Notes under the pieces: model-generated
The model's database searches: none
Seen by the model: the letters and a program-made list of their open reading frames with translations, nothing else
What the model was told of the DNA's origin: nothing
DNA from: Negaprion brevirostris
Taxonomy: Eukaryota
Length of the DNA: 64,000 nt
NCBI GenBank assembly: GCA_030324005.1
Contig: JARDVH010000115.1
Location: 36,592,794 to 36,656,793, forward strand
Reading direction: 5' to 3'
Made by a program: the position numbers and the translations under genes
Shown here: in pieces, positions 36,863-50,059 of the stretch
How positions within the stretch are numbered: the stretch's first letter is position 1
Layout of the letters: each line of letters opens with the position of its first letter

Positions 36863-37227
36863 AGCATCTGAAAACTGCACCAGATGTGGTCAATTAGTTT
36901 TATAACATGCCTAACTTTTTCACTAAGTTTCATCGTTTTCTCTCAAGAAAAATATATTCAAGTAGAAGTTGGTCGGACAAGAGGAGCAGAAAATTATTAG
37001 AACAGATTCTGGCATCCTCTACATAAGTACAATGTTTTATCCCAAAAATCTACAAGGGGAAGTATCCTTTAAGACAATTTAGGCCTTTATGGCATTATTA
37101 CTCACATACCCATTTCCTTACATTATAAAAGTATTCATCTCCTTGACTTTCCAACTACAGTGGTCTCATCAGATTACTCAGGGTCTTCCCCACCTACCAC
37201 TCCTCCCATAATTCTACGTTTCATAAT

Positions 37228-37487
37228 ATAGCACAGTGGCTCGCGTTGCTGCTTCGGTGCCAGGGACCCAGGTTCAATTCTGGCCTTGGGTCACTTGTGT
37301 GGATTTTGCACATTCTCCCCGTGTCCACATAGGTTAGGTGGATTGCCCATGTTAAATTGTCCCTTAGTGTCAGGGGAACTAGTGGGGTAAAAACGTGGAA
37401 TTGAGGATAGGGCCTGGGTGGGAATGTCGTCAGTGCAGGCTTGATGGGCTGAATAGTCTCCTTCTGCACTGTTGGGATTCTATGATT
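37228..37487 (+). mobile_element. HE1 SINE, internally deleted
   Basis: gcacagtggctcgcgttgctgc...cagggacccaggttcaattc...ctgcactgttgggattctatgatt. Confidence 0.88.
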
Positions 37488-38841
37488 GTCTATAAATTTA
37501 GGTTTTTTTCCCTCAATAACACTCGCCATTTGTCGGCATTTAACACAAATGTCTTCACTCTGATGAAAAGATTCTATACAACAATATTGGGACAAGATGT
37601 TTAATTAAATCACTACTAGGGAATTAGACCCTTCCTAATGTCAAGGCATTAGTCCTCATGGATTCTGGAACTTATTGGTCAACCTCATTTTATTAGTCAG
37701 GCCTCTTGTTGCTCACAGGGAGCACAATTCCTGTGATTTCAAAGTTCTTACTAGGGAATCGCTCCACTGGTCTATCTGAATTTTTGATATTATGGTTATC
37801 ATTGTAGTGCAGGAGAGTAAGCTATGGTAGCAAAGCTGAGGAAAGGTTGCAGACCTATAACATCTTTCTACAGATGCTGTCAAACCCGCTGAGTTTGCAG
37901 CATTTTCTGCTTTTATTTCAGATTTCCAATATTTTTCAAGAATTTGCTTTTGTGTTATGCTGATACACATGCTCCTCATGATGGTCTCCAGCAAGCAACT
38001 TCTGTTTGGTAACCCTCAATGTTGCAGATGTTCTTATGACTGTCTTCATTGCAAGTTGTTTGGTTAGCATTCGAGATTCTTAGCTCTTTATGGAGGTCTT
38101 GGTGTCTGTTTCAAGCCCCACTTCAGGACTTAATGAACACCCCTTCCGTGGCCATCATGTAGCCAAACAGACTGGTTACGAGCCTATAAATCTTTCCAAT
38201 ACACCTGATGGCAGGAGGTAAGAGGAGGAGTTTCCTGATCTGCAATGTAGCAAAAGCCAATGGCAAAGCATTGAAGTACTGTGCCCTGCATAATCACAGG
38301 CCAATCCAATCACCAAAGCCTACTTAGGGTATGGTACCTGAAGCAGAAGCTTTTAGTATCATCTTTTCCTTAGGTGCTTTAAGGACAGTTTAGGACTAAT
38401 CCTATCTTTTTGTAACAAGGTTAATGGGTGAAGAATCCTCCATCAACTTCTACAGGGAGATGAGGGCAGCATACGTGTACACACAATTTTTGTCCTTTGA
38501 ATGCATTCTATTATTTCAGAGGATGCCAATTTCAGGTAAAATCTAGTTTCTCCAAACAAGGAGGTTTTTGCCATTACCTCTATTCTGACGAAGCAGAACT
38601 TTACACATTTACTTAAATGGATATGCTGAGCTCTGATCACCAGTGCGAGAATGCTGATCAAAATTTCAAACTTTTGAAAGAACCAAATGATGTTTGATTT
38701 GATTTATTGTCACATGTATTAACATACCATTAATAGTCAAAAGTATTGTTTCCTGTGCAGTATTTCTGCTCTTCATAGCGTAAAGCCAATCTTTCTCCAG
38801 ACAAATATACTGATATTGAAAATCTAAGCTATGTACTGAGA

Positions 38842-39128
38842 GGCATAATGGTTAGCACTGTTGCCTCACCAGCACCAGGGACCCAGGTTTGATTCCAGCT
38901 ATAGGTGACTGTGCAAACTCCACAGACATTTGCTCCGTGTCTGCATGGATTTACACTGGGTGCTCTGGTTTCCTACCAAAGTCCAAATACGTCCAGATTA
39001 GGTGGATTGGCCATGATAAATGCACAAGGTTATGGGTATAGGCAGAGGAGGAGGACTAGGTAAGACGCCCCGTTGGTGCAGACTCAATGGGCCAAATGGC
39101 AGCCTTCCGAATGTAGGTATTTTATGAT
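38842..39128 (+). mobile_element. HE1 SINE, diverged
   Basis: ggttagcactgttgcctcaccagcaccagggacccagg...gattaggtggattggccatg. Confidence 0.85.
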
Positions 39129-39850
39129 AACACTTAAATCATATTCCTCTATTGTATTAGGAGATACTAATTCTTTTATAATAACCATGTCATATGAACA
39201 TTATACACACAAATTCTGATATTACAAAGGTTTCTCAGCATCCAAGGCTAAAACAATAGTCTTACAACAGCAATTATACTACAGTCTAGCATAAAGCCCA
39301 AATAATGTTATATTACCTCCTTAATTGGTCTAATATCTTTTGCGAAAAAAGAGAAAATCAAGTTGTCAATGCAGAGATGGTGTTACCACTGGTTTATTGG
39401 GAGATAACCTCATTCAGTCCTTGATTCCCAAGAAATATCTATGCTCTTCCAAATCTTGCCTCAGGTCTACCCCATTCCCTCCTTTAATTGCTACACCATT
39501 TGTAGCTATGTTTTTAGCTACCTCTGACCAAGCTTTTGATCCCTACATCTCTCTCTGGCTTGATGGATATGTTTGAGAATGTGCCCGTCAGGTTCCTTTG
39601 GATACTTTGTCATTAAAAGAAGATAAAAATTCCATTTGTTGCATTGCAATAGAGATAAGCACTCACACAATAGCAGTATGGAGCTGCCATTTACCAACTT
39701 CAAATGGAAGAATTTGAACACGGAGCTCAAACAAAAAGCCCGTCAAAAATCAGCAATTCAATTTATGTGGCCACAACAGAAAATCACTCCAAAAACAGGA
39801 GACTTTAACGACTGCTGCTTTCTAATTCAGTTAGACAAGGACATCTTGGA

Positions 39851-40758
39851 GGGGTGATTCTCTCAGCCCACTGTGCTAGCAGGCTGGGAGACATCAGCAG
39901 AGACTGTGTAGCAAGCTTCCCACTGAGCGCCATAGCATCCAAGCATCTTGGCATAGAGCTGATTTCCATTTTTAAATTTCAATCTGAATCCATCAGCAGC
40001 AGACCCTCGACTGAAGACTCTGGGCTTGCTAGTGTCCACCCCCTTCCCCCTGCCAGGAATGGTTCACTCCAGTGGTGTTTACTTCTCCCCACTGATGTGG
40101 GGCAGATGGTCCGATGCTACTGGAGAGAACAGAGGACAAGGAGGCCTCCCCCAGGAGGTCGGGGTTAAGGGGGCACCCCTTGGGCAGTGCCAGCTTGCTC
40201 CTTGGCATTGCCCTAGGGGCAAAATGGCAATACCTGGAAGAACCTTGGCCCTGTCCACCAGGCAGTGCCAAGAGGGCAAGTGGAGATAATCNNNNNNNNN
40301 NNNNNNNNNNNNNNNNNNNNNNNNNNNNNNNNNNNNNNNNNNNNNNNNNNNNNNNNNNNNNNNNNNNNNNNNNNNNNNNNNNNNNNNNNNNCTGCCATAC
40401 TGCATTAGGATTGGTGACAGAGGGAGGGAAGGAGTTGATCGGTGCTTCAGTGCTGACAGGGAGGGATCCAGGAGGCCAGTGATCAGGAGGAGGTCGACAG
40501 TGTGGGGCCACTGCACATGCACTCATCTCCACTCTGACAGATCAGCGCACATGCAATGGCCCACACAGTGCTATGCTGCCAGACTCTTGGGTGGGAATTT
40601 GCCCCGCCCCCTGATTTTCAGAAGGATTCCCGATAGTGCACTCTGCAGTGCTCAGACTGGAGATTCATTTTGAAAATCACGCTCAAAAAAAATCATCAGG
40701 AGTCACTCCAGTTTTCATGCGAATTCGGCACTTCGAATTTTTTTGGTAGAATCAACCT
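39851..40758. mobile_element. Non-autonomous TIR DNA transposon (Harbinger-like MITE), copy 1
   Basis: Ends GGGGTGATTCT and AGAATCAACC are imperfect inverted repeats. GC-rich interior; the 3' ~150 bp resembles 59620-59771. Confidence 0.6.
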
Positions 40759-41187
40759 CGCCCCACCCTTGCCTTTGTTCGATTTGAACCTAACCAGGAA
40801 GAAAGTTAAGCTTTTCTGAAATCAAAGAATCTGTCAGAAGTCTGGTTAGTTATCATGACTACATTAAAACTTTTTCCACCTCATTGTTTGCCGACCATTT
40901 CTATTTTACTTTAGAGCTTGGAAACAGTTAAGCACAAAACNNNNNNNNNNCAAAACCTCAAGTTTTGAAATCAAAAAATCTTCCAATTACAATCCACCCC
41001 TTACTGGAAGCTTAATTTTGTAATTGTATACATAAAATTATGCATTTCCCCTTTCCCAACTTAAACAATAATGGTCAGCTCAGCTGAAGGCAGATGTTAT
41101 TACACAGCTGGACAAGGGAGAATCAAAATTAGGTATCTCTTAAAAACGAGAAACGCCATCACCTTTACTCCTACTCCCTTCAAATTA

Positions 41188-41460
41188 CGGTGGTGCAGTG
41201 ATTAGCACTGCTGCCTCACAGCACCAAGGACCCCGGATGACTGTGTGCANNNNNNNNNNNNNNNNNNNNNNNNNNNNNNNNATGGGTTCCCCCCAGGTGC
41301 TCAGGTTTCCTCCCACAGTCCAAAGACGTGCAGGTTAGATGGACTGCCAGCGCTAAATTGTCTATTAGTGTCAGGGGGATTAGCAAGTGGGGTTATGGGA
41401 TTGCTGTTGGTGCAGGTTCAATGGGCCAAATGGCCTCCTTCTGCACTGTAGGAATTCTAT
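41188..41460 (+). mobile_element. HE1 SINE
   Basis: Same head, core and tail motifs; spans a small gap. Confidence 0.85.
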
Positions 41461-44333
41461 CCTGTACAGAATGCTGAAGCTGATTTGATCTGGATAGTTT
41501 TGCAATCCTACACCTGCTCACTAACAAACACGGTTCAGATTTCACAAGATTCAAGCTTGCCCAGTTTTGTCTTTGTTTAGAAAGATAATGATGGATTTGT
41601 ACATACCTTACTGTATCAGTACTTACTCTCTCCAACTATCAGAACAATCAACTTTTGTACAACTAAATCATTAAACAGTTTACTACTGCTTCCTGCGACC
41701 AAGTTACATTTTTGTTTTAAAAAGCATTCATGACAAAAGAAAATGTGAATGGCAGTGTTAAACAAATTTAATGCATCAAAAGAAATGAGCACAAATAATT
41801 TAAATGTCAGATCAGAGCTTTAAAAAAAAAAGACATTATGAAATAAATCTTAGGACCAAGCTGCTTTTACATAATCAAAATAGGCACACCATCCAGAGTA
41901 GTAAATAGGACATCCAAGATCACAAGATAATTATGGATCAGGAAGGAAGTTGACCCATCCTAATGCTTCCATTCAAGGGCATCTTATTTAAGGAAAATCA
42001 GCACAGATTTCCAAAAGGAGGTATTAAATGAGGGAAGAGAGTGGAACAGGACATGCTGATGTGATGTACACTGACTTCCGAAAGTCCAAAAAGGATTTGA
42101 TAAAATGCCACACAATAAGTTTGTCAGCAAAGGTGAAGTCCATGGAGTAAAAGGGTACCATGCATATAAAATTGGCAAAGTGACAGGAAACAGATAGTGG
42201 TGAATGGTTTGCTTTTCAGACTGGAGTGAAGAACACAGTAGATTCCTCAGGGATCAGTACCAGGACCACTGGTTTGCTTGATATATACTAATTACTGTGA
42301 ATTTGGTGTACAGGGTACAAATCAAAATCTGTAGATCATCATCACAAACATGTAGTTGTGATGTAATAGATTTTGTAACAAAGTTAATCTTTCTTTTTAA
42401 ATGGACACAAGCAATCTTAAAGATGATTGCCAATGGTTGCCTGACATTTTCCACTGCAATATGGATTGCAGGTAGACAGATGTGTCCAGATGTGTGGAGA
42501 TATTTGAAATTCAATTTGCATTTCCATCAGTGTAAACAGAAACTCACTGTGGCTTCCTTTATCAAACCTGGAAAAATGGCAACTATTCAGCATAATGGCT
42601 GAGACACTTAAAGTGTTACTTATTTCCGCTAAAAAGACAATTAACCCAAAATCTAATATGGAAGCATGATTTGACTGTTTGGGATAGCAGCCATTTAAAG
42701 TTTATTAAATCTGGCTGTGAACCCTAGGAAGAGCTCTCAGAAACAACTTCTGAGAGAGTTCTTGGCCAAGGGAGGACAAAGAGGAAGACATTAAAGAAAT
42801 CAACTGCTGTTCTGCCAAAGGAGTTCAGACAAGCTGCAAGTGCAGAATTAGCAAGGAGTAGAAAACCTTCACCTCCTCCCAAAGACGACCTGCTGAATCC
42901 ACCTGCAATGGCAAACTCCAACTCTTCAACTGCAGAAGCCATCGCAGCTGCTAAACAGAACCTAACTTTCAACCTCTGCATTTTGGAAAGAAGAAATTCA
43001 AGCAACGTGCCTGCACTGATATCGCAAAGGCCGATTTGAAATCGAATATCTTTTCATTTTCTTCTGCATTCCAGAAAATAACTTCACTTTCACTCAAGTA
43101 ACTTTCTATGGTTCTTGTATTAGCCAACTTTTATCTTGTTTAACACTGAAGCTTGCCTGCTTTTCTTAAAAAAAATTGAACTATTCATGAATTAATAGGG
43201 TTATGTACACACAGACAAGTTCTTGAATCGCAGACCACGAAGAAAATGCGCTTTACATGGTCATGACAATGACATAGCACTTGAAAGTATTGTGAACTGA
43301 CTGGATAATGATCAGGTTAAGAGGACGAGTCAGGCTGCAGTCTCTCCAACTAAATCAATATTCTGCTTTTCTATTCTTCCTGCCGGTGGACAACCTCACA
43401 TTTAGCTACACCATACTCTATCTGCCATTTGTTACTGCTCACTTAATGTATCCACTATAAAGCCTGCTAACAACTGGAAAGACATCAGGAACAGCTGTGC
43501 ATGTGCACTCACCCTACATTCCGGCCACTGGTGCCTGTGCAACTGTTCCTCACATCCCACGAGTACAAAAGAAAACCTTGCAGTATAATCTGAGATTTAT
43601 TCTTGGGGATCAGAAGGCTCAGGGTAGCAATCCAAACGTCCGTGTAGACAGCATGTGCTGGACAGTTCGTAGAAAAATATACAGTGGCTTTAAACTTTTC
43701 TATCACTATGTATCAGATTGAATACTAATTCTCCCAAGGCATCACAATTAAAACTCATACATTCCTATTCCTGTTCATCTTAAATAATTTGAAATTAAAT
43801 TTTTCAGAAATTTCATGTACACTAAAATGGGAAACTGCTTTTGATTTGAATTAGATAATTTCTAAGAAGTAGTCATTTAATAAAATGCATTAAACCATTA
43901 CAGGGGGATAAATTTTTTGTAAATAGGAGAACATAAAAAAAACACACAAGATACAAATGTGACAGTTGACTTAATTACAGATTACATAAAACTGCTTCAA
44001 TTCAAAGAGAAGCCTTTTATCTGTATGATAATAGCAACCAGATTCCAAAACTAAAAGATGGAAGAAACTGGTTATAACTGTTTCCCATGACTCCACACAA
44101 TGAAACATTGTAGGATCTCAGACAAGGTCAGAAGCAGATAAAGACAGATGGGTTCACCACCATTACATCAAGATGCAATGCAACAGCAAGCGAATAGGGA
44201 CCAGGCATAAGCCAAAGTGAACAGACAGCTGTAGGTCCCACCTCTCCAATCCTTACTGGTAGGTTTTTACATATGTTTCCANNNNNNNNNNNNNNNNNNN
44301 NNNNNNNNNNNNNNNNNNNNNNNNNNNNNNNNN

Positions 44334-44958
44334 CTGCTGCCTCACAGCACCAGGGACCTGGGTTCAATTCCAGCCTTGTAGGGCCGTTTACGTGGGTTTA
44401 GAACATAAAACATAGAACCTTACAGAGCAGAAAGAGGCCCTTCAAGTATGCACCAAATACAATCCCACCCAGGCCCTACCCCGATATCATACCCACCAAT
44501 CCCACTAACCTCACTACCCTGGACACTAAGGGGGCAATTTCTTAGCATGGCCAATCAACCTAACCTGCACATCTTTGGACTGTGACAGGGAACCAGAGTA
44601 CCCAGAGGAAGCCCATGCAGCCACGAGGAGAATGTGCAAACTCCACACAGACAGTGTCCCGGGCCGAGAATCAAACCCAGGTCCCTGGAACTGTGAAGCA
44701 GCAGTGCTAACCACTGCTATCATGCCGCCCTTCTGGGTACTCATTTCCCCCCACAGTCCAAAATTGTGCAGGTTAGGTTGACTGGCCATGCTAAATTGCT
44801 CTTTAAGGTGTCCTGAAATGTGTAGGTTAGGAGGTTTAGCAGGGTAAATACATGGGGTCATAGGGTTACAGGCTTGGGCGGGATGCACTGTTGGAGAATT
44901 GGTGCAGGTTCAATGGGCTGAATGGCTTCCTTCTGCACTATACGGCATCTATGAATCT
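44334..44958. mobile_element. Nested HE1 SINEs: a minus copy (~44400-44730) inside a plus copy
   Basis: The plus copy breaks at ...gtgggttt and resumes at ttctgggtactc...; the intervening sequence is a complete reverse copy. Confidence 0.88.
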
Positions 44959-47170
44959 ACTACTGACATTTAGTAAAAAGTTGCATGAAACATTTCTAGG
45001 CCTTAAACACACTGGGGAAGGGGATGGGGCAACAGATCCACTCCTCCAGGTTTAACAAAGCAAGTTAGATTTGTTGATCAATTTTTAAGTGTTTATGAGG
45101 AATGCAGACATATCTGGATCTGGTGAGAGTGTTAATTTGGTTCTGAGCTTTCAATTTGAGACATGGGACCTTGAAGTCACCTCAATCTCAAAGAGACTAG
45201 TTTCCATTCATACAAAATTACATGACAAATGAAGGGCATAGGTTTAAGCCTTCAATGCAAAGTCAGTAAATACTTGGAACTCCTCAAGTCAGGCAATTAA
45301 AAACTGAATTCACAAGTAGACCATCATCGTTGACACTAGAATGATAGTTTGACAAGTTGGGGGTGCAGAACTTTAGCAAGTACTTATTTGTCAAATCACA
45401 ACAGCACTTAAAATCTTGGATACAGGAGCCTGTGTTCTCCAGATAATCTCATTATGTAGCATCTGACCCCCGTTTTTTGAACACAGATGATCAGACAGAA
45501 TCTTATTTACCAGTTTCAGAAAGGCAGCTCCATTGGCAATTGAGTAGTTTCTGGCACTGTTGCCTGGGACTTTTGTAATTACTCTTACCCATCTCCTCCA
45601 CCATTTGCCAGAATAGCATAGCAAAGCCAGACACCCTCTGAGTCACAATACATTCTATGACCAGCTATCAGACACCACCTCCAAGGCACTCCAATAGCAG
45701 ACCTGCAAATGAAGAGAGCAGCAAATGCCTCAATCTTGCTATCGTGTTAATTTTCTTGCCCCTAGCTCAGTTCAAGTCTGTACTGTCTATGAGTAATTTT
45801 AACTACTTTTATAGTTTGTACTTGCATTGAATCTTTAATAAAAATTCATAAAAACTTATAAATATAATGATTAACAAGTTGTTCAAAGTGGACATGGTTT
45901 GCAATGAATTTCATGAATTTAACTAGTTTATAGATGAAGACAGACAATATTTAGCAATTAATAAATGATAGGAAATTGAGATCAGAATTGAAAATGCTCC
46001 TCCCAAATTCCTTCAAAGTATTTTACAAAGTCTTAATGAAGGCCCATCATTGAAGCTGAACAGTTACTTTCTCTGTGGTTTAAAAAGAAGTCTAGTCTCA
46101 TTTAATCAAAAATAAATGTGTCACTTGTTTTGAAATCAGTGAAAAGGTTAAAACACAGGTACTGCTCATTTTATAGAGCATAGAGCAATGCTGGGTTAAA
46201 GTAGCTTGTATTCATTTTTCTTGCAATTCATTTAGTATACTATATATGGAAGAAAAAAATAACCCACACCAAATCTGGGTCTCTAGCAATTACGTAATAC
46301 CATGTGTGAGCTTTGGATACACAAAGCATTAGCAATGAGATTTGATATATTTCCTAATGCAGCCTTTGAAATAACAGTTATCCAGCTGCCAGGGATGACC
46401 AAATCTTCCAAACCAAGAGTGAAGGCCTCCATCTTATGAATTCTATTAATTCAATTTTTAAACTGCAAATATGCACATAAAATATGCTGTTCCAATACAA
46501 CAAAGTGTTTCACCAGCTTATAGTGGTATGCATTTTGTTTACAGCTTCTAAGAATAAGCCGCAAAAGAAAACCATTGATATGAGGAATACTGTTATTCCA
46601 TAGGAATCAAATTCTTCTGGTCAAAAGAATGAACATTTAAATTTTTTGTTGAAAAACATTTATCATTTTGGGTAATGCACATCTGTAATAAGCTCACTAG
46701 AACCAACTGGTCATATTTCTATCTTGCTGACTTTGAAATAAGGAAGATGACATAATTATTCACAGGTTTAACATTTCAGCAATACAAATAAATTTTATTT
46801 ACTCCTGTTAAGGGACTCACTTATTTTTTCAGCTCATGCAAGAGATCGAAACCCAAAATGTTAACCTGTAATTTCATCAGCATTCTTCGGGCAATCATGG
46901 ATCTGCTAGACATTTCCAACAACTGTTTTTTATTAAATATTCTATCAAAAATTATAGCCGTAACATAGATATTTTCAGACACAGCCACACAGCCAAACAA
47001 ACTGGATTCCTTTCTTCTGTTATCTCAATTAGATATACTTTAAACATGCAAAAGGATGATAATCCTGAGTGGTATTTTGATTTTGGAGCAGTCACGCTGT
47101 ACCACTGAGCAACGTGACCCACATCTGCAGTCTTGATATCCTACACAGTAAACTTGACTGAAGGAGGATC

Positions 47171-47466
47171 ATGTCTTTCAGAGGAAAAGGAGGAGCTGGG
47201 GAAAGGCAGAGTAAAGCAGCACTGCAAAGTGCTTCGAGATAACGTCCACGGCATCACCAAACCAGCCATCCACTGCCTAACTCTCAGTGGCGGGGGTCGA
47301 GCGGATCTCAAGCTTGATCTACAAGGAGATCCATGGAGTGCTAAAGGTTTTCCTGGAGAATGTGATCAGAATGCGGTCACCTACACTGAGCACGCCAAGT
47401 GCAAGATGGTCACTGCCATGGGTTATGAAACACCAGGGCCGCAGTCTCTACGGATTTGGCAGCTAA
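47171..47466 (+). pseudogene. Histone H4 pseudogene, near full length and frameshifted
   Basis: Pieces MSFRGKGG / LGKGRVKQHCKVLRDNVHGITKPAIHCL / VERISSLIYKEIHGVLKVFLENVIR / AVTYTEHAKCKMVTAM / KHQGRSLYGFGS* align in order with H4. At least 3 frameshifts and many Arg CGN to CAN/TGN changes. Confidence 0.93.
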
Positions 47467-47689
47467 ACGAATGAATCCAATTCTAATAAAACTCAGCAAA
47501 CTTTATTCATAAAGATGCTCCTGCCTACACTTAAATCACAAAGCAAAAAAAGTTCCTTTTTGAATACAGCAGTGTCTTACTTTCAATATCTAGCCATGCA
47601 AAATGTTCAGACTGTTCTAGAATCCTGAAGAAGCAGCTTCACTCACCACACCACACGTGGTTTCAACTATGAGGATTGCCTCTAAGTTT

Positions 47690-47987
47690 TAAGTTTATTT
47701 ATTAGTATCACAAGTAGGCTTACATTCAGACTGCAATAAAGTTACTGTGAAAATCTTCCGGACGCCACACTCCAGCCCCTACTCTGACACACTGAAGGAA
47801 AATTTAGCAAGGCCAACGCACGTAACCAGGCCTTTTGGACTGTGGGGGGAGGGAACTGGAGCACCCGGAGGCAACTCAGACATGGGGAGAGTGTGCGCAA
47901 ATTCCACACAGACAGTGACCCAAGCCGGGAATCAAACACGGGTTCCTGGCACTGAGGCAAGAGTGCTAACCACTGTGCCACCATGCT
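47690..47987 (-). mobile_element. HE1-related SINE with an alternative 3' tail
   Basis: Standard head in reverse, but the tail reads aagtttatttattagtatcacaagtaggcttaca...gttactgtgaaaatc. The same tail occurs in opposite orientation near 50240-50345. Confidence 0.85.
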
Positions 47988-48619
47988 GCATTAACTTGTG
48001 CTACCTCTCAATTACACAATATTAACTGAACAACAATCAATGAGTGATGAGAAGGAGAGAAATACTGTCATAAAAACATCCTCAACTTCTTTAAGGAAGT
48101 GACATCTCAGATGAATTACGGCAAGGCAATCCAATTTCGTGCTGCATTTAGGCTTGCTGGAAATCATTTAACAAAGTCTCGGGTAAAAGGCTATTAATTA
48201 AACTCAAAATAATGGGAGTCAAGGTTAATGTTAAGTATGAATAAGCAATTTATTGAAGGTTAGAAAACAACAGGTACTTAGTGGAGGAGTTATGCTAGGG
48301 AAATATTGAGTTTAGATGCCCAGGGATTCAGTGTTGGGGTCACCAGAAATTCAAAGTCCTACAAAGGACTTTTGATTCAGGAACCTTTCAGATGATTGAT
48401 TCAGGAATCCAATGCAATTTGGCGAAGTGCATGTGCTAGACAAAGTATTTAAATGAGCAGACTGAGAGCAGATGAAACTTATTAGGGCTGCATGAGGTAT
48501 TACACATCGGAACGAAAATAGATAACACATGGTTGGATGTTGCATATGATTAAATCTCACAGGATCCAGGGTGAGGAAGCCAATTAGATAGAAAACTGAC
48601 TTGATGACAAAAGACAGTG

Positions 48620-49215
48620 GTTGTAGGAGGTTTTTCAAACCTGGTTGTGACCAGCAGTGTGCTTCGAGGATTTGTGCTGGGTCCACTGTTATTTATATTA
48701 ATGATTTGGGTGAATACTTATGGAGGCATGGTTACTAAGTTTGCAGATGACGCCAAGATTGGTGGCATAGTGGACAATGAAAGATGTTATCTAGGACTGC
48801 AACAGGATTTTGATCAATTGGGCCAGTGGGCCAACAAATGGCGATGGAGTTTAGTTTACAAAATGTGAGGTGATGCACTTTGGCAGATCAAATCGGGGCA
48901 GGACCCACGCAGTTAATGGTACAGCACTGGGGAGAGTTTAAACAAAAACTAGGAGTACAGGTTCATAGCTCCTTGAAAGTGGAGTCACAGGTGGACAGGG
49001 TGGTGGTGAAGGCATTCAGCATTTTTAACTTCATTGGTCAGAATATTGACTACAGGAGTTAGGATGTCTTGTTGGAGTTGTACAAGACATTAGTAAAGCC
49101 AGATTTGGAATACTGTGTAAATTCCTGATCACCTTATCGTAGAAAGGATATTAATAAATTAGAAAAAAAAGAGTGCAGAAAAGATTTACTAAGATGCTAC
49201 TGGGCCTTGAGATTT
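48620..49215 (+). mobile_element. CR1 LINE reverse transcriptase fragment
   Basis: VTSSVLRGFVLGPLLF...KFADDAKIGG...LQQDFDQLGQWANKW (FADD catalytic motif). Confidence 0.92.
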
Positions 49216-50059
49216 AGATTACTAGATCAGATCCTTTCAACTTCAGCTTCAATGTTATTCAATGATTTTTCTGTCCAAGTAGAGATAGGTAGGCTAAAAT
49301 AAAACACTATAAATAGGTACCAAACAAACTCAGGAGAAATTCCAGCCATGCAAATTCTGAACATTTTCCCTCAGCTATCAATCTTAAACCATTTTTTTCA
49401 ATTAAAATGAACATAACTTCAGAAAGAAATCCTTTAGCAACTTGCACACCTTCAGACTAGATTATCAAAACATCAGAAAGATGTGTACCAATTAGAAAGC
49501 TGCTTCATCAACAGACCAAGCTGTAACTGGGGAGCTACAAGAATTATCTGTTCGGTATCCACATATCCAGATTATACGAGTGAAAACAACTGTGGTTGAA
49601 TCTCGGCTCTAGCAGTTCTGAGAACCTAGTTTTCCCCCAAGGGAGGCTGAATATCAGAAGTTTGTAAATTCTTGGAATAAGAAAATATTTAAGGAAAGGA
49701 ATTTTCCCTAGGAAGACAGGTCATAAGGACAACAGTTCAATATCTCCAATTTATTTTCCAGATATGCTATTCCAATTAAAAATCAGCCCTTTTTGTTCTG
49801 GTAACAGTTGCATTCTGCATCCAGATGTTATTTGACTTTTAACCCTAACTTCAACCATGGAATGAAATTCAACAATTTTGTTATCCAATTAGGGATGGTG
49901 GACTAAGCTAAATCCCTGTAAACTAGTCCTGATCAAACTCAGGACATTACTCCAAACATGAAATATTGAAAACTACAATTAAAACACACCTCAACACATG
50001 GCTGATGCTGTCTCTCTGATCTTTGAAACCTTACTGACAAAATCACAATGAACAAAATA

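Noticed and set aside
39500-39640. Possible exon-like segment on either strand
   Set aside because: In the phase needed for FERMT2 intron 4 it hits TGA within five codons; donors are weak and I recognise no homology.
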